Positions 35,010-48,340 of a stretch of 64,000 bases of DNA are shown here, piece after piece. Numbering within the stretch: position 1 is the stretch's first letter; the number at the start of each line of letters is the position of its first letter. The notes below the pieces were generated by a model. That model was not told where the DNA came from, did not search any database, and saw only the letters and a program-made list of their open reading frames with translations. Source of the DNA: Macrostomum hystrix (lineage: Eukaryota; Animalia; Platyhelminthes); contig CATNEN010000012.1 in the NCBI GenBank assembly GCA_950097015.1, forward strand, positions 1 to 64,000, in the 5' to 3' direction. A program made the translations under genes and the position numbers.

Positions 35010-38000
35010 TTGTTGGCATTCAATGGTGAGGTCATCGAGGTCGTGGTGGATTGTTGGCATTCGATGGTGAGGTCATTAGGGTCATGGTGGATTGTTGGCA
35101 TTCGATGGTGAGGTCATTGGGGTCATGGTGGATTGTTGGCATTAGATTGTGAGGTCATTGGAGTCATGGTGGATTGTTGGCATTCGATGGTGAGGTCATT
35201 AGGGTCATGGTGGATTGTAGGCATTCTATGGTGAGGTCATTAGGGTCATGGTGGATTGTTGGCATTAGATGGTGAGGTCATTGGAGTCATGGTGGATTGT
35301 TGGCATTCGATGGTGAGGTCATTGGGGTCATGGTGGATTGTTGGCATTAGATTGTGAGGTCATTGGGGTCATGGTGGATTGTTGACATTCGATGGTGAGG
35401 TCATTGGGATCATGGTGGATTGTTGGCATTAGATTGTGAGGTTATTGGGGTCATGGTGGATTGTTGGCATTAGATGGTGAGGTCATTGGGGTCATGGTGG
35501 ATTGTTGGCATTCGATGGTGAGGTCATTAGGGTCATGGTGGATTGTTGGCATTAGATGGTGAGGTCATTGGGATCATGGTGGATTGTTGATATTATAGAT
35601 TGTGAGGTCATCAGGGTCATGGTGGATTGTTGGCATTCGATGGTGAGGTCATTAGGGTCATGGTGGATTGTTGATATTAGATTGTGAGGTCATTAGGGTC
35701 ATGGTGGATTGTTGGCATTAGATGGTGAGGTCATTGGGGTCATGGTGGATTGTTGGCATTCGATGGTGAGGTCATTAGGGTCATGGTGGATTGTTGGCAT
35801 TAGATGGTGAGGTCATTGGGATCATGGTGGATTGTTGATATTATAGATTGTGAGGTCATTAGGGTCATGGTGGATTGTTGGCATTCGATGGTGAGGTCAT
35901 TAGGGTCATGGTGGATTGTTGATATTAGATTGTGAGGTCATTAGGGTCATGGTGGATTGTTGGCATTCGATGGTGAGGTCATTAGGGTCATGGTGGACTG
36001 TTGGCATTAGATGGTGAGGTCATTAGGGTCATGGTGGATTGTTGGCATTAGATGGTGAGGTCATTGGGGTCATGGTGGATTGTTGGCATTAGATTGTGAG
36101 GTCATTAGGGTCATGGTGGATTGTTGGCATTAGATGGTGAGGTCATTGGGGTCATGGTGGATTGTTGGCATTAGATTGTGAGGTCATTTGGGTCATGGTG
36201 GATTGTTGGCATTAGATTGTGAGGTCATTGGGGTCATGGTGGATTGTTGACATTCGATGGTGAGGTCATTGGGATCATGGTGGATTGTTGGCATTAGATT
36301 GTGAGGTTATTGGGGTCATGGTGGATTGTTGGCATTAGATGGTGAGGTCATTGGGGTCATGGTGGATTGTTGGCATTCGATGGTGAGGTCATTGGGGTCA
36401 TGGTGGATTGTTGGCATTAGATTGTGAGGTCATTGGGGTCATGGTGGATTGTTGGCATTAGATTGTGAGGTCATTGGGGTCATGGTGGATTGTTGGCATT
36501 AGATGGTGAGGTCATTGGGGTCATGGTGGATTGTTGGCATTCGATGGTGAGGTCATTAGGGTCATGGTGGATTGTTGATATTAGATTGTGAGGTCATTAG
36601 GGTCATGGTGGATTGTTGGCATTCGATGGTGAGGTCATTAGGGTCATGGTGGATTGTTGGCATTAGATGGTGAGGTCATTGGGGTCATGGTGGATTGTTG
36701 GCATTAGATTGTGAGGTCATTAGGGTCATGGTGGATTGTTGGCATTCGATGGTGAGGTCATTGGGGTCATGGTGGATTGTTGGCATTAGATTGTGAGGTC
36801 ATTGGGGTCATGGTGGATTGTTGGCATTAGATTGTGAGGTCATTTGGGGTCATGGTGGATTGTTGGCATTCGATGGTGAGGTCATTGGGGTCATGGTGGA
36901 TTGTTGGCATTCGATGGTGAGGTCATTGGGGTCATGGTGGATTGTTGGCATTAGATTGTGAGGTCATTGGGGTCATGGTGGATTGTTGGCATTAGATTGT
37001 GAGGTCATTGGGGTCATGGTGGATTGTTGGCATTAGATGGTGAGGTCATTGGGGTCATGGTGGATTGTTGGCATTCGATGGTGAGGTCATTGGGGTCATG
37101 GTGGATTGTTGGCATTCGATGGTGAGGTCATTAGGGTCATGGTGGATTGTTGGCATTAGATGGTGAGGTCATTGGAGTCATGGTGGATTGTTGGCATTAG
37201 ATTGTGAGGTCATTGGGATCATGGTGGATTGTTGATATTATAGATTGTGAGGTCATTAGGGTCATGGTGGATTGTTGGCATTCGATGGTGAGGTCATTAG
37301 GGTCATGGTGGATTGTTGATATTAGATTGTGAGGTCATTAGGGTCATGGTGGATTGTTGGCATTAGATGGTGAGGTCATTGGGGTCATGGTGGATTGTTG
37401 GCATTAGATTGTGAGGTCATTAGGGTCATGGTGGATTGTTGGCATTCGATGGTGAGGTCATTGGGGTCATGGTGGATTGTTGGCATTAGATTGTGAGGTC
37501 ATTGGGGTCATGGTGGATTGTTGGCATTAGATTGTGAGGTCATTTGGGGTCATGGTGGATTGTTGGCATTCGATGGTGAGGTCATTGGGGTCATGGTGGA
37601 TTGTTGGCATTCGATGGTGAGGTCATTGGGGTCATGGTGGATTGTTGGCATTAGATTGTGAGGTCATTGGGGTCATGGTGGATTGTTGGCATTAGATTGT
37701 GAGGTCATTGGGGTCATGGTGGATTGTTGGCATTAGATGGTGAGGTCATTGGGGTCATGGTGGATTGTTGGCATTCGATGGTGAGGTCATTAGGGTCATG
37801 GTGGATTGTTGATATTAGATTGTGAGGTCATTAGGGTCATGGTGGATTGTTGGCATTCGATGGTGAGGTCATTAGGGTCATGGTGGACTGTTGGCATTAG
37901 ATGGTGAGGTCATTAGGGTCATGGTGGATTGTTGGCATTAGATGGTGAGGTCATTGGGGTCATGGTGGATTGTTGGCATTAGATTGTGAGGTCATTAGGG

Positions 38001-38135
38001 TCATGGTGGATTGTTGGCATTAGATTGTGAGGTCATTAGGGTCATGGTGGATTGTTGGCATTAGATGGTGAGGTCATTGGGGTCATGGTGGATTGTTGGC
38101 ATTAGATTGTGAGGTCATTTGGGGTCATGGTGAAT
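35010..38135. repeat. 41-bp satellite (GGTCATGGTGGATTGTTGGCATTCGATGGTGAGGTCATTAG)n, about 75 units
   Basis: Period 41 at 35081/35122; degenerate units also occur at 34605-34692 on the other side of the SINE. Confidence 0.98.
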
Positions 38136-38761
38136 TGTTGGTTTTGTTGAATCAAAGCTAAAGCTTGTCTATTTAAACCCGGGCCCATTAAAATTTTATT
38201 GAGACATAGTAACATAATCATTTATTTTTATATATAATCGCGAGCTACTCGTATTTATTAATTCAGTGGCGCCATCAGATTAGCATTCTAGTGTACGTGT
38301 TAAATAGATATACGTGTAGAATAGGGAAGCAATAAAGGAAATCAGGTACCGAACTTAAAATCAGGCAAAACTGGGATTAGCACGTCTGTGAATGAGGCAG
38401 TTTCTAGTTCATGAGTGACAACTGAACAGTCGACATTATTACTAGTGCATAGCAGAAAAATATACCTGAATAGAATAATGCATATGCCTATGTAAAATAG
38501 AAATTTTTAACTAAATATTCGCATTACAATTTGAACACATTTTTTCTCCAAAATGATTAGACAAAAATAGCAGAATGAATAGGCTCGTAGATATATAAAT
38601 GTTTTTATAGAAAAAATAAACACTGAAGACAGCTATATATCATGTAAAAAGTAGAAAAGCCTGAAATCTAAATAACGAAATTTAAAAGACATTTCTGCTT
38701 TTAAAATCACATTTTAATAATGCTCTACTTATAGTAGAAAAAATAGTTTTTTTAGTTTTGT

Positions 38762-41230
38762 TCAGCCGCAGATGGCCAAAAACTTGCGCTTGCCCTCGGC
38801 ACGGAGGGCCAGCCACTGCTCTTTGTTGGGCACGCAGTCCAGGTCTTTGTCACCCTGGAATAAAGTGGTTTAACGGTCTTCAATTTCATTGTGAACTGGA
38901 TCTCATTGGGAACTGGATCTCATTGGGAACTGGATCTCATTGGGAACTGGATCTCATTGGGAACTGGATCTCATTGGGAACTAGATCTCATTGGGAACTG
39001 GATCTCATTGGGAACCGGATCTCATTGGGAACTAGATCTCATTGGGAACTGGATCTCATTGGGAACTGGATCTCATTGGGAACTGGATCTCATTGGGAAC
39101 TGGATCTCATTGGGAACTGGATCTCATTGGGAACTAGATCTCATTGGGAACTGGATCTCATTGGGAACTGGATCTCATTGGGAACTGGATCTCATTGGGA
39201 ACTGGATCTCATTGGGAACTGGATCTCATTGGGAACTGGATCTCATTGGGAACTGGATCTCATTGGGAACTGGATCTCATTGGGAACTGGGTCTCATTGG
39301 GAACTGGATCTCATTGGGAACTGGATCTCATTGGGAACTGGATCTCATTGGGAACTGGATCTCATTGGGAACTGGATCTCATTGGGAACTGGATCTCATT
39401 GGGAACTGGATCTCATTGGGAACTGGATCTCATTGGGAACTGGATCTCATTGGGAACTGGATCTCATTGGGAACTGGATCTCATTGGGAACTGGATCTCA
39501 TTGGGAACTGGATCTCATTGGGAACTGGATCTCATTGGGAACTGGATCTCATTGGGAACTGGATCTCATTGGGAACTGGATCTCATTGGGAACTGGATCT
39601 CATTGGGAACTGGATCTCATTGGGAACTGGATCTCATTGGGAACTGGATCTCATTGGGAACTGGATCTCATTGGGAACTGGATCTCATTGGGAACTGGAT
39701 CTCATTGGGAACTGGATCTCATTGGGACGTAAATGATAATCGAACTCAGAACTATCTGACTCACCTTGGCATCAGGCCCGCCAATCGATCTAGCGGAGTT
39801 CACCTCAGCGCCGCCGCCGCCGCCGCATGTAACGAGTCGCCGATTCGATGGCCGAACAGCCGCGGCGGCGGAAGGTGCAGGTTGGCGTTTCAGCAGGCGA
39901 ACACCGGCTCGAAGGCAGCGCACGGGTTCCAGCGACATCAGACTGTCGGTGAGGTCCCGATCTCCACAGGCCGTATCCAGGTAGTCTTGAAGGCTCTCCA
40001 CATCCGCCTCCATTTGTTTGGCGCCGTAGAAGTTTACCCGCAGCTTGGGCCGCCCTGTGACGATAGCGGCGGCCCAGGCTTCGGCCAGTGCGGCTAGAGG
40101 CGGGCCGAGGCCTTCCAGCCGTGCGGCGCGGCTCAGCGGCGACAAGGCCTTGACGGCCGGCTCCAGGCAGGCGGCCAGCAATGCCTGGGCGTAGGGCCGC
40201 GGCTTCGGACTGTCGCCTACATCGGCAGGAACCAACTTCCAGTCCTGACGTCCGCGCGGCGGGCCTGACTCGGCTAGCTGCCGTTTGGCTCTGGAGCGGC
40301 ACTGCTCGGCGTAGACAGCCAGCAGGCGGGCCCGTTTCTCCGCGACTGCGCTGGTGGCGTCGGTTGAGAAGGCAGCCAGCTGATCGCGCAGTCGGGCGTG
40401 TCGATCTGGCAGCCGTCGGAGCCGCTTAAAAGCCACCCCGGCCGAGCGGAGCTCAGCCTCGGCGAACTGCAGGTCGGTGATGGCCAGGAAGGCGCAGACG
40501 CCGGGCTGGTCGTTGGCAGTGGCGGCGTCGGCGACAGACCCGATGGCACGGAGGAACACTCGGCAGGACAGGACGGCCGTGAGCAGCCAGTGGTTGAGGA
40601 AGGCCATGTGCGGCTCCAGCTGCCAGTCGGGCGGGCTGCCCGAAGCCTGCTGCGGCTGCTGCTGCTGACGGTTACCGCGACGTCCGCGAAGCCAGGCCTC
40701 TAGTTCAGAGATGCAGAGTCCGACCGCTTTCAGGCAGGGTCGCAGGCAGTCCAGGAACGCCTTGCCCAGCCGGGAGCAGCGCGGCCCGCTAGCCAGCAGA
40801 GTCGGTTGGGTGCCGTCCGGCCGCTGGGCCAGGCCGAGGAAGCGGGAGAAGCCGGCCTCCCACAGGGCGTGGCAGGCCTGCAGGTGCAGCCGGAGGGCCA
40901 CAGAGTGCAGGAACGGCAGTAGGGAGGCCGGCCGGGGCGGGAACAGCGAGTCGGTGGCGGTGAACTGCACGGTGTAGCCCAGCAGCTGCATGGCGGCCGG
41001 CTCCATCAGTCGGCAGCTGCCGAGCCGCTTGCTAGGCGAAGCTTCGCCTGACCGCAGCGGCCGGGCTAGCCTGTAGGCAAGGCAGGCATCGGCCTCGCGC
41101 CACATCAGGTCCAGGTACTTGGCCACTACTTGGTGGCGCAGGCTGACATCCGAGTGGTCGGACCAGCGAACGCCTTTCTTACAGCCGGTGGCCCCGACTG
41201 AGTCTTCGGTCCGCTGCTGTTGGAGCAGAA

Positions 41231-41262
<32 letters not shown>

Positions 41263-43435
41263 GGCCGGGGCAGCAGTTGAGTGCTCTGGGCCAGGCAGTC
41301 CAGAAAGCCGGATGCAAATTCGATCTCCTGGCGCACAAACTCGGCCAGCGGGCTGCCCTGCCGAACCAGTCGGTCAGTGAAGCGGCCCAGAGCGCGCTCC
41401 GCCCTCTCAGACTGCTGGTGCAGGCTGGACACTTCCTCGCTGTAGTAGTCGGATGTGGCTCGCCGACCTCCCGGAGACTGCTTGCCACCGCTGCCGGCGC
41501 CACCACCATTTTGCTTCCTCTTCTCAAAGTCGGATAAATCTCCTTCATCGAAGTCGTCAGCATTGTCGTCTCCGCGCCTGTCGCTGCTGCCTCCGCCGCC
41601 GGCGCTGTCGATGCCGTAGAGGATGGCCCGGCAGCCGTCGGCTGTTTGGCCGCGCAGGAAGCGCAGCAGGTCCCGATTGGAGCAGTAGAAATCGTGCAGA
41701 GTCTCGGTGGGCACGGCGGATCGTTCGGCAGCCAGGCAGGCGAGGATCTTCGATAGCGACATTGGGCGGAGGTCCTCCAGGGCTAGGCGCGGTGCGGCAT
41801 AGTCAGCCAGCAGCGGACAACGGCAGCTAACCCGGAGGGAGCGCTGATGCGCCTTGGCGAGTTCCAGGATGCTGTTGAACTCCTCGATGCCGCGGGATAT
41901 TTCGAACAGATCCTCGCGCGAGTAGCGACTCAAATCGGCGCTGGCAACGGCCCGCAGGCCGGCGCGGACCAGATCGCGCGTGCTGGCCAGGGCGCGGGAC
42001 AGCTCGCGACCGGCGGCCGCGTGATAGCTGGCCAGCAGCGGCCGGGCCTCCGCCAGCCTGGACTGCAGCACCGGGCTCTGCTGCGTGAACAAGCGCACCT
42101 GAAAGGTCCGGATTAGTCCTAAACTGTAAGCCCCGCTGTCGATGTGGGCTTGAGTGACCGAACGTCTGCCTCTCTTGCCAAGGTCCCTGAGCACAAATCC
42201 CATGTTACTCTCGCATTGACAAATAACACTAAATTATCCTAAATTTACAGTCGAAAAAGTAGGGCAAATAACTTTAAATTTTAGTTCTATCATACATATT
42301 GGACATGTAGCCTAGGGCTAAGAGCTTCGGACCGAGAGGTCTCGAGTTCGACTCTCAATCAAATGGAAGCAGATTGTGTCGTCTCCCTAATCAACGGACT
42401 TGGACTGTTGTACACAGCTTTTGGAGGCGTCGGTGCGTAATAGCTGCGGCTGTGCCACTGCCTGTACGTCTGGCCCAATTGGGTTAGGGGTCGATTCTGT
42501 CTATATGGTAAAGAAATTGAAAATCTGATCAGCACCTGCTGCAGCTGGCTTAGGCTGGCTCGGACTCGCTCGCACAGTGCGTACACGCATTCGATATTGG
42601 AGCCGATCCGGGCGCTGCCTGAGCCGCTGCCCGCATTGCCTTCTCCAACGTTGCCGAGGGCGGCGCGGCGCCGACGCTGGAGCAGCCGCTCCTCTTGCCG
42701 ACGCACGCGGTCGATCTGCTCGGCCAGCAGGGTCAGGTCGCGCATCCGGGCGGCGATCTTGCGCCGTAGCTCCAGCAGCAACAGGCGGCCTTCGAGGCTG
42801 CGCAGGCGCTGCAGCCGTGTCTGCAGGCGCGGCAGAGCGGCCGAGTGGGCCAGGCAGGCGGTGCGCACTCCGCCGCAGTGGATCACAACGCCGTGCGCCG
42901 GCAGGCCGCCAAATTTTCCAGAGGCTTCCCGCATTGCGGCGCGCAATTCGTCTAGGTCAACTCGAACAGCGGCTGCGGAGAGTGGACGCGGACTGACGGA
43001 GGGTGGCGGCGGAGTAGGCAGCGATTGCTGCTGCTGCTGCTGCTGAACAGAGCTTACTGGTGACGCTGTCGATGCAGCCGCTACTGAGCCGGAGGCTCCG
43101 GCAAAGTTCGGAGCGCCAATCCCGAGGAGCCGCGGGGAGTCGGTGCTGGTGGCCGCGTCTTGGCGTGGAAACTGACGCCTACCAACTGACGAGGCACCTT
43201 GCCGCGGCGTGGCCGGCAGGTCAATCAGGACGGCATCGCGCTCCCCGGCAGCTATCGGCTGGTCGAGCTCGTGGCCGTAATCTTCATCGTTTTCGTCTTC
43301 GGCAAAGGCGTTAGACTCCCGCAGTCGGAGCTTGGCTGAGCTTGGCGCAGATCGGCGATGGCGCCGGCGAGGGCGAGGCATCAATGAATCGGCCGCATTT
43401 TCACCGGCCTGCAGCGCCCGGACTGATGTTTCCAT
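38762..43435 (-). CDS. CCDC142: Coiled-coil domain-containing protein 142 orthologue, 3 exons, about 1108 aa
   Basis: Exons 42536-43435, 39765-42098, 38762-38854 (GT-AG, phase 0). C-terminal PYAQALLAACLEPAVKAL...AWAAAI...FYGAKQMEADV...LLKRQP and terminal EQWLALR resemble CCDC142. The exon 1 donor (GTGCTG) is weak. Confidence 0.8.
38893..39726. repeat. 17-bp minisatellite (TCTCATTGGGAACTGGA)n, about 49 units, CCDC142 intron 2
   Basis: Highly homogeneous period 17; open in all three plus frames, which explains the GTGSHWELDLIGNWISL ORFs. Confidence 0.98.
42305..42490 (+). mobile_element. Internally deleted SINE family 2 copy in CCDC142 intron 1
   Basis: tRNA-like head TGTAGCCTAGGGCTAAGAGC...GAGTTCGACTC; the 3' block AATAGCTGCGGCTGTGC...TCTGGCCCAATTGGG is shared with 34930-34975. 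Confidence 0.75.
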
Positions 43436-46400
43436 GGCGACCGGGGGCTGAGGGCGGCGCGCGAGGAAGCCGACGATTGGCTATTGGATCTGGCCAGAAG
43501 AAACTGAGCACAGCAGGATTGAGGAGAGAGTGTAGCAACGCAGGAGGTGGTCGTTGTGGAGGCGACGAGTATTAGAAGAGCTGCAAACAAAGAGATGGTG
43601 GGGGGCAAAAGTTCATGATTAGCGACATCCACTTAGCGACTGATGCAGAGAGCACGCAAAGAGCTTGCTCACCCATGGTTGACAGGCACAATGGCCAGTG
43701 AAAGTGGAACGGGGACAGGAACAAAGCAAATCGGTGAGGCAGGTGGGGCAGGGGAAATGGAAAGAAGACAGACAGAGGGTGCATGAATAGATGAATGAAG
43801 CAGGCGGAGTTTTTATAGGGAGGGGAAGTGTGAGAGGTTAATAACGGCCGGAGACTGGAAGGGAATGAAAAGTGCAAATCTAAGAACTATCTTCAGTACT
43901 TGGCTCTGGTTAGCTGCGTGCTTCGCGTGGAAAAAATGTTTTACACTTCAAAGAGTAGTGGCACAAGGGGAGGAATGCATAATATTACGCAAGGAGCTTG
44001 TCCCATCGAAATATCATCCCTAAAGATACACTATTTTTGTTGTACTACAATTACTACGACATAAAGTATATCATTTGGAAATAAAAAAAGCTGGATTAAC
44101 CATATCAATGAATCCAAGTTGGTTTTGTCCATGTTTGGCAAAGAGCCAAGAATCAAATGTAACAAATTTTCTCATACTATCCTACTACGAGTAATCAAAT
44201 ATTGATGGGAGGAACACCGACTGGTTCGTTAGCAACATTTTAAAAGCTTTGAAGCGAAATTTTAAGTTGCTTGTACTTAACGAAAGTTTTAAATATTAGT
44301 ATTTTTGCTAATAACATGGAAGTGAAATAGAAGATATTTTGCACAATAAAAGAATTATTATTAATAACTGGGTGAATCACTAAATTTATAGCTATTAATG
44401 CTAGTGTACTTAGCTTAGACAAATAAGACAAAAATATTCCAAAAGCCACAGTTTGGTACTAATTTATTACGTTATTGAAAAAAAATAGAAAAACCTAGCT
44501 AAATCACTACTGAAGCATTTACATAGGAATTCGGTCATCGGATTATCAACGAGTAAAATACAGTACAAAATGTACAGTATATTTTATGCAATATTATATA
44601 TTTATAGTAATATATTGTATCTTTCTTAGTTTTAGATACTTTATTATTATATAAACATCTGTCCTTAGGTATTTAGCCAGTGGCTCAGTAACAAAACAAA
44701 TCAGAAAGGTTGGCCCCCACGTCTATTATATTTTTAAATAAATTTGAAAAAAGTAATCATACAAAAATTGCAAACTAAAGCACGTGCTAATAGCGCTCGA
44801 AATGTTTTATATTTTATAGTAATTTACCAAAGTGCTCTCATATGTCCATTTGTACGAGTAAGAATATTTAGATTTGTGAATGAATAATCAAATTGATAAA
44901 ATGGTACAAAAGTTGCACTATTTAGTTTCACTTCAGTAACAATTACAAACAAAAAAATGCGCAATAAAAGAAAAGTTTTATATTAAAAAAATACAATGAT
45001 AGCACCCTTATGTTAGAATGCAATGATTAGTTTTAATTAAAAAAAATACGATACGAAATTTGTCTAGCTGCTTAAACACCGATAAATAAAGCTGTATGTT
45101 AAATTATAACATACGATGCTATCATACATTATTTTCAATTGAAAGCATATGTACCTCCTATGTATATAACTCGAACTGTAATGCATGCTTATCAATGTTT
45201 TTGCTTTGCGACTCATATTTTTTACAATGTAAAAATGTGCCTATTCATAATTGAAACGCATCTGTCTAGTCTTCAGTGATGACGAAAATTTTTAACCTAT
45301 AGCCATGCTTATAATTAGGTGCCTATCTCCACACTCCGGGTGGCCTCTTATCAGTGCGCTCGCTTTACAAAACTTGCTTTGATGCATTCAATAAAATTGT
45401 CAGCGGAGCCCTCTTTGTGCGCACTGAATGCATTAAAAAGCCTATATATCTCAGACAGTTTTTCGAATACGACAAATGGACCCGAATCAATAGGCCTACA
45501 CTTATTTTAATAAGCCTAACTTCATTTGGCGACGAAATCCGTTCGGGAGATAGCGTATTGCAAACAAGCAAGCAAGCCATTTTTATTTTCCGTATATTCG
45601 ATTGAAAATGAAAATGAGGACCATGTCAATAGACAATAGCGGTAGTCTCCAGTCCAAGTTATTATTGGTATTACTATTATACCATGACGTAGGCCTACTG
45701 TAGAAAGATTAATAATTTAGAAAATTTCTAATTTATGTCTCAGAACAAAAGCCTAGCTATTCTTAGCTAGATCTTTTTGTGTTTCTAAATTATTATGGAT
45801 CAACAGCAGTTAAGGCTTGATAATGATATTCGAATAGTTTATCTTACCTTGCCTGTAGGCTCCCTAGCTAAAATAATTTAGCTTGCCTATAGATTATAAC
45901 AAGGGCTTTAGAAAGGACAGTTTTCATTTTCACTTTGACAACTTAGCTTGATTTATATTTTGCTAATAATATGATTGCTAGGCCTATTCATAAATTCATA
46001 AAAACCTAGGCCTATCACCAATTCTATTGGTGATAGGCCTACTAGGCCTACTAACTAGCTTTTATCAAAGTGTTGGCTATCAGTAGTGCAACTTAGTTTT
46101 AAGATTTTTTGAAGGGGGACTGAGAAGGTCAGACCAAAGTTGAATCATCCTGAATGAGTGGCAGATACGAGCTAAGGTTCAAGGGCCATTTTAGTGAAAA
46201 ATCTGCTGGGCCCCCATTACAAGGCCTATCTTTTATGTGGTCCTATTGTAGAAAGGGGATGTCACCCACCTTGTGTCACAAATATAGGCTATTATTGCCT
46301 TTCTTTAATTACTTGACTAGCACAAGCAGAATGTCTTGAATAGGCTACGTACAATAGCAATAAGGTCATCACCAATTAAGTAAGAAGAGAATCCTGAAAA

Positions 46401-46764
46401 TTCTATTTTAGGCTTCAAGGTAATTGCTTGCCTCAAGGCTCAATGTAGAAAGGGCCTACTTCTACATTTAAAAGTTAAACTTTTCTACTCTAGGCCTATA
46501 GGCAATTATAAGAATATTTTCTTCCTTCAATTATCTAAAGGCTAATTGAAAGCTAACATGCTTTACTACATAGGGGCCTACCACAACAAGCTAAAAAATA
46601 CTGCTAGATTGTTTTTCCTGTCTGGCTTTCAGGTCAAAACTATTATTTTCTGTAAATATTACTTAGACAAGAGACAGAAACTCAATTAATCCTATTTGCC
46701 GATCACTTAAATTTTCTTTTTTTTGTACAAATCATATATATTATATATACTTAGACAGAGTATA

Positions 46765-46985
46765 AGGGTCAGTGGCAAAGTGGTTAATGGGGTGGTTTCC
46801 TCTTGCACCACTATCCCTGGGCTCAATTCTATGGCAGAGCCACATTAATTTGGGGTGCAGCCATGGAGAAAAGGCTTGAGTGCTTGTCGTGCAATTTAAA
46901 CCATTCAGGGCCAACCTCCAAGGTAACATTGAAAGTGTACACTGAGAAATGACCATGAGAAAGTCATAGCAGAAGTACACCCCTA
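46765..46985 (+). mobile_element. Old, diverged SINE family 1 copy
   Basis: GGGTCAGTGGCAAAGTGGTTAA...GCCACATTAATTTGGGGTGCAG...GCTTGTCGTGCAATTT...AACCTCCAAGG...GAAAGTGTACACTG. Confidence 0.8.
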
Positions 46986-48244
46986 TATTAGCTTGCATAT
47001 GATAAGTTTGGTTATAAGAAGCTATTAAATTCTGAGTATGTCCTATTTACAGTTATGAGTATTTACTCCAAATCATAATATATCTACCATGATCATATAA
47101 AGTATGGCTAGCAATTTACATGCCAGATTGCCATTTAAAATTCTTAAACTTTAGTCTTAAAATAATATTTTTTTGTTTTTTTTTTCACATAGCTGCTTAT
47201 CAAAAATAAGGACTCCTGCTTGCTTTTTATCTTTAAAATCCCATGTATAAAATATATGTGTAGTTTTATACACATGTGAGTATGAATTATATGCATTAAA
47301 ATATTTCATAAGCATGATAGTGTGTCAGGCACTGTATGTGTGTTTTATATAGAATATAAAACAGTTTTTTCTTATTTCTAAGCAAAATTCATCCTACCTA
47401 GTTGACACTGTATAATTGAAAGTAAAAAAAGAGATAATTAGGCCTTATGAATTTATTTTATGCAGCAGGGCTTATCTATATATTCTCTCTTTACTGGTGC
47501 ATATTGTTTTGGCCAATTCAACTCTTTTCTTTCCTTAATAATTCTGCATGTATTTCTCTATATCCCGACTGGTGGCCCTGAAAGGGCCGTTTTGAGCTTT
47601 TTAGCACTCCGCGATTCTTATCTCCGCGGGCTTGACACTCCAATGGTAGCATCTGATATAGGCATGAGCGGTTTCCTTTTATATATTTTCAAAATACAAA
47701 AAAAAATTTTAGAATACAATGTAATACAAAAATTGCTGCTTTAAATTTTACCCTGCCACATTTAAAAGATACTGATACTTAACTTGATGCTTTTGTAATG
47801 ACATATATAACATAGCTTGATTTCTTGCAGTGCCAGGGTTCGCCTAGTGACCAGCCAAGCAGTGCCAGTCAAAATAAAGTATCCAATTTCTAACTGTTAT
47901 CAGTCTGCCAGTCAAGAGCCTATTACATGGGATGCAGTCGAACTCTTCATCTATAGCAGATGTACAACTGGCAGTGAGTGCCGATAGTGCTACTGGCTGC
48001 TCTATCAATGTTACCCATTTGGATGGAGCTTAGTGAGTTAAGACGTGTATTAGCCTAATAGTGGAACGTCAATAATTGTGTGCCTCAAAAACCAATAAAT
48101 GTGCATTTCAGAATACCTGGAAGTAAAATTTCATTTATCAAAGTGAATTTTTTAACACCGTTTATTAAACCATCAAATTAAAGGGAGGGCAACACTAATA
48201 ACAATCTGTTATCAGAAGAGTTTGATATATTACAATTACACCTT

Positions 48245-48340
48245 AATAATTTAGCCCAGATGTACAGCCAGTTGTACAGCTGTTCAGTCCATGGACTGGG
48301 GGCGCCACACCGACCCAAATTTCTACCCCAGCTTATCTGA
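48245..48340 (-). mobile_element. 3' fragment of SINE family 2
   Basis: Reverse complement contains ATAAGCTGGGGTA...GGTGTGGCGCCCCCAGTCCATGGACTGAACAGC, as at 34845-34905. Confidence 0.78.

Noticed and set aside
32976-38135. CRISPR array interpretation of the 31-bp and 41-bp repeats
   Set aside because: Units are head-to-tail with no unique spacers, there are no cas genes, and the context is eukaryotic.
38758-40097. Three overlapping 280-320-aa ORFs (GTGSHWELDLIGNWISL)
   Set aside because: A stop-free 17-bp array read in three frames, antisense within CCDC142 intron 2.
42359-42535. C-terminal extension of the 358-aa ORF as protein
   Set aside because: It runs into intron 1 and antisense SINE sequence; splicing at 42536/42098 joins the two CCDC142 ORFs in frame.
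39766-43632. Many short ORFs overlapping GC-rich exons (also 7385-7983, 9214-10038, 27887-29004, 53183-53797)
   Set aside because: Shadow ORFs expected in stop-poor GC-rich coding DNA, with no independent motifs.
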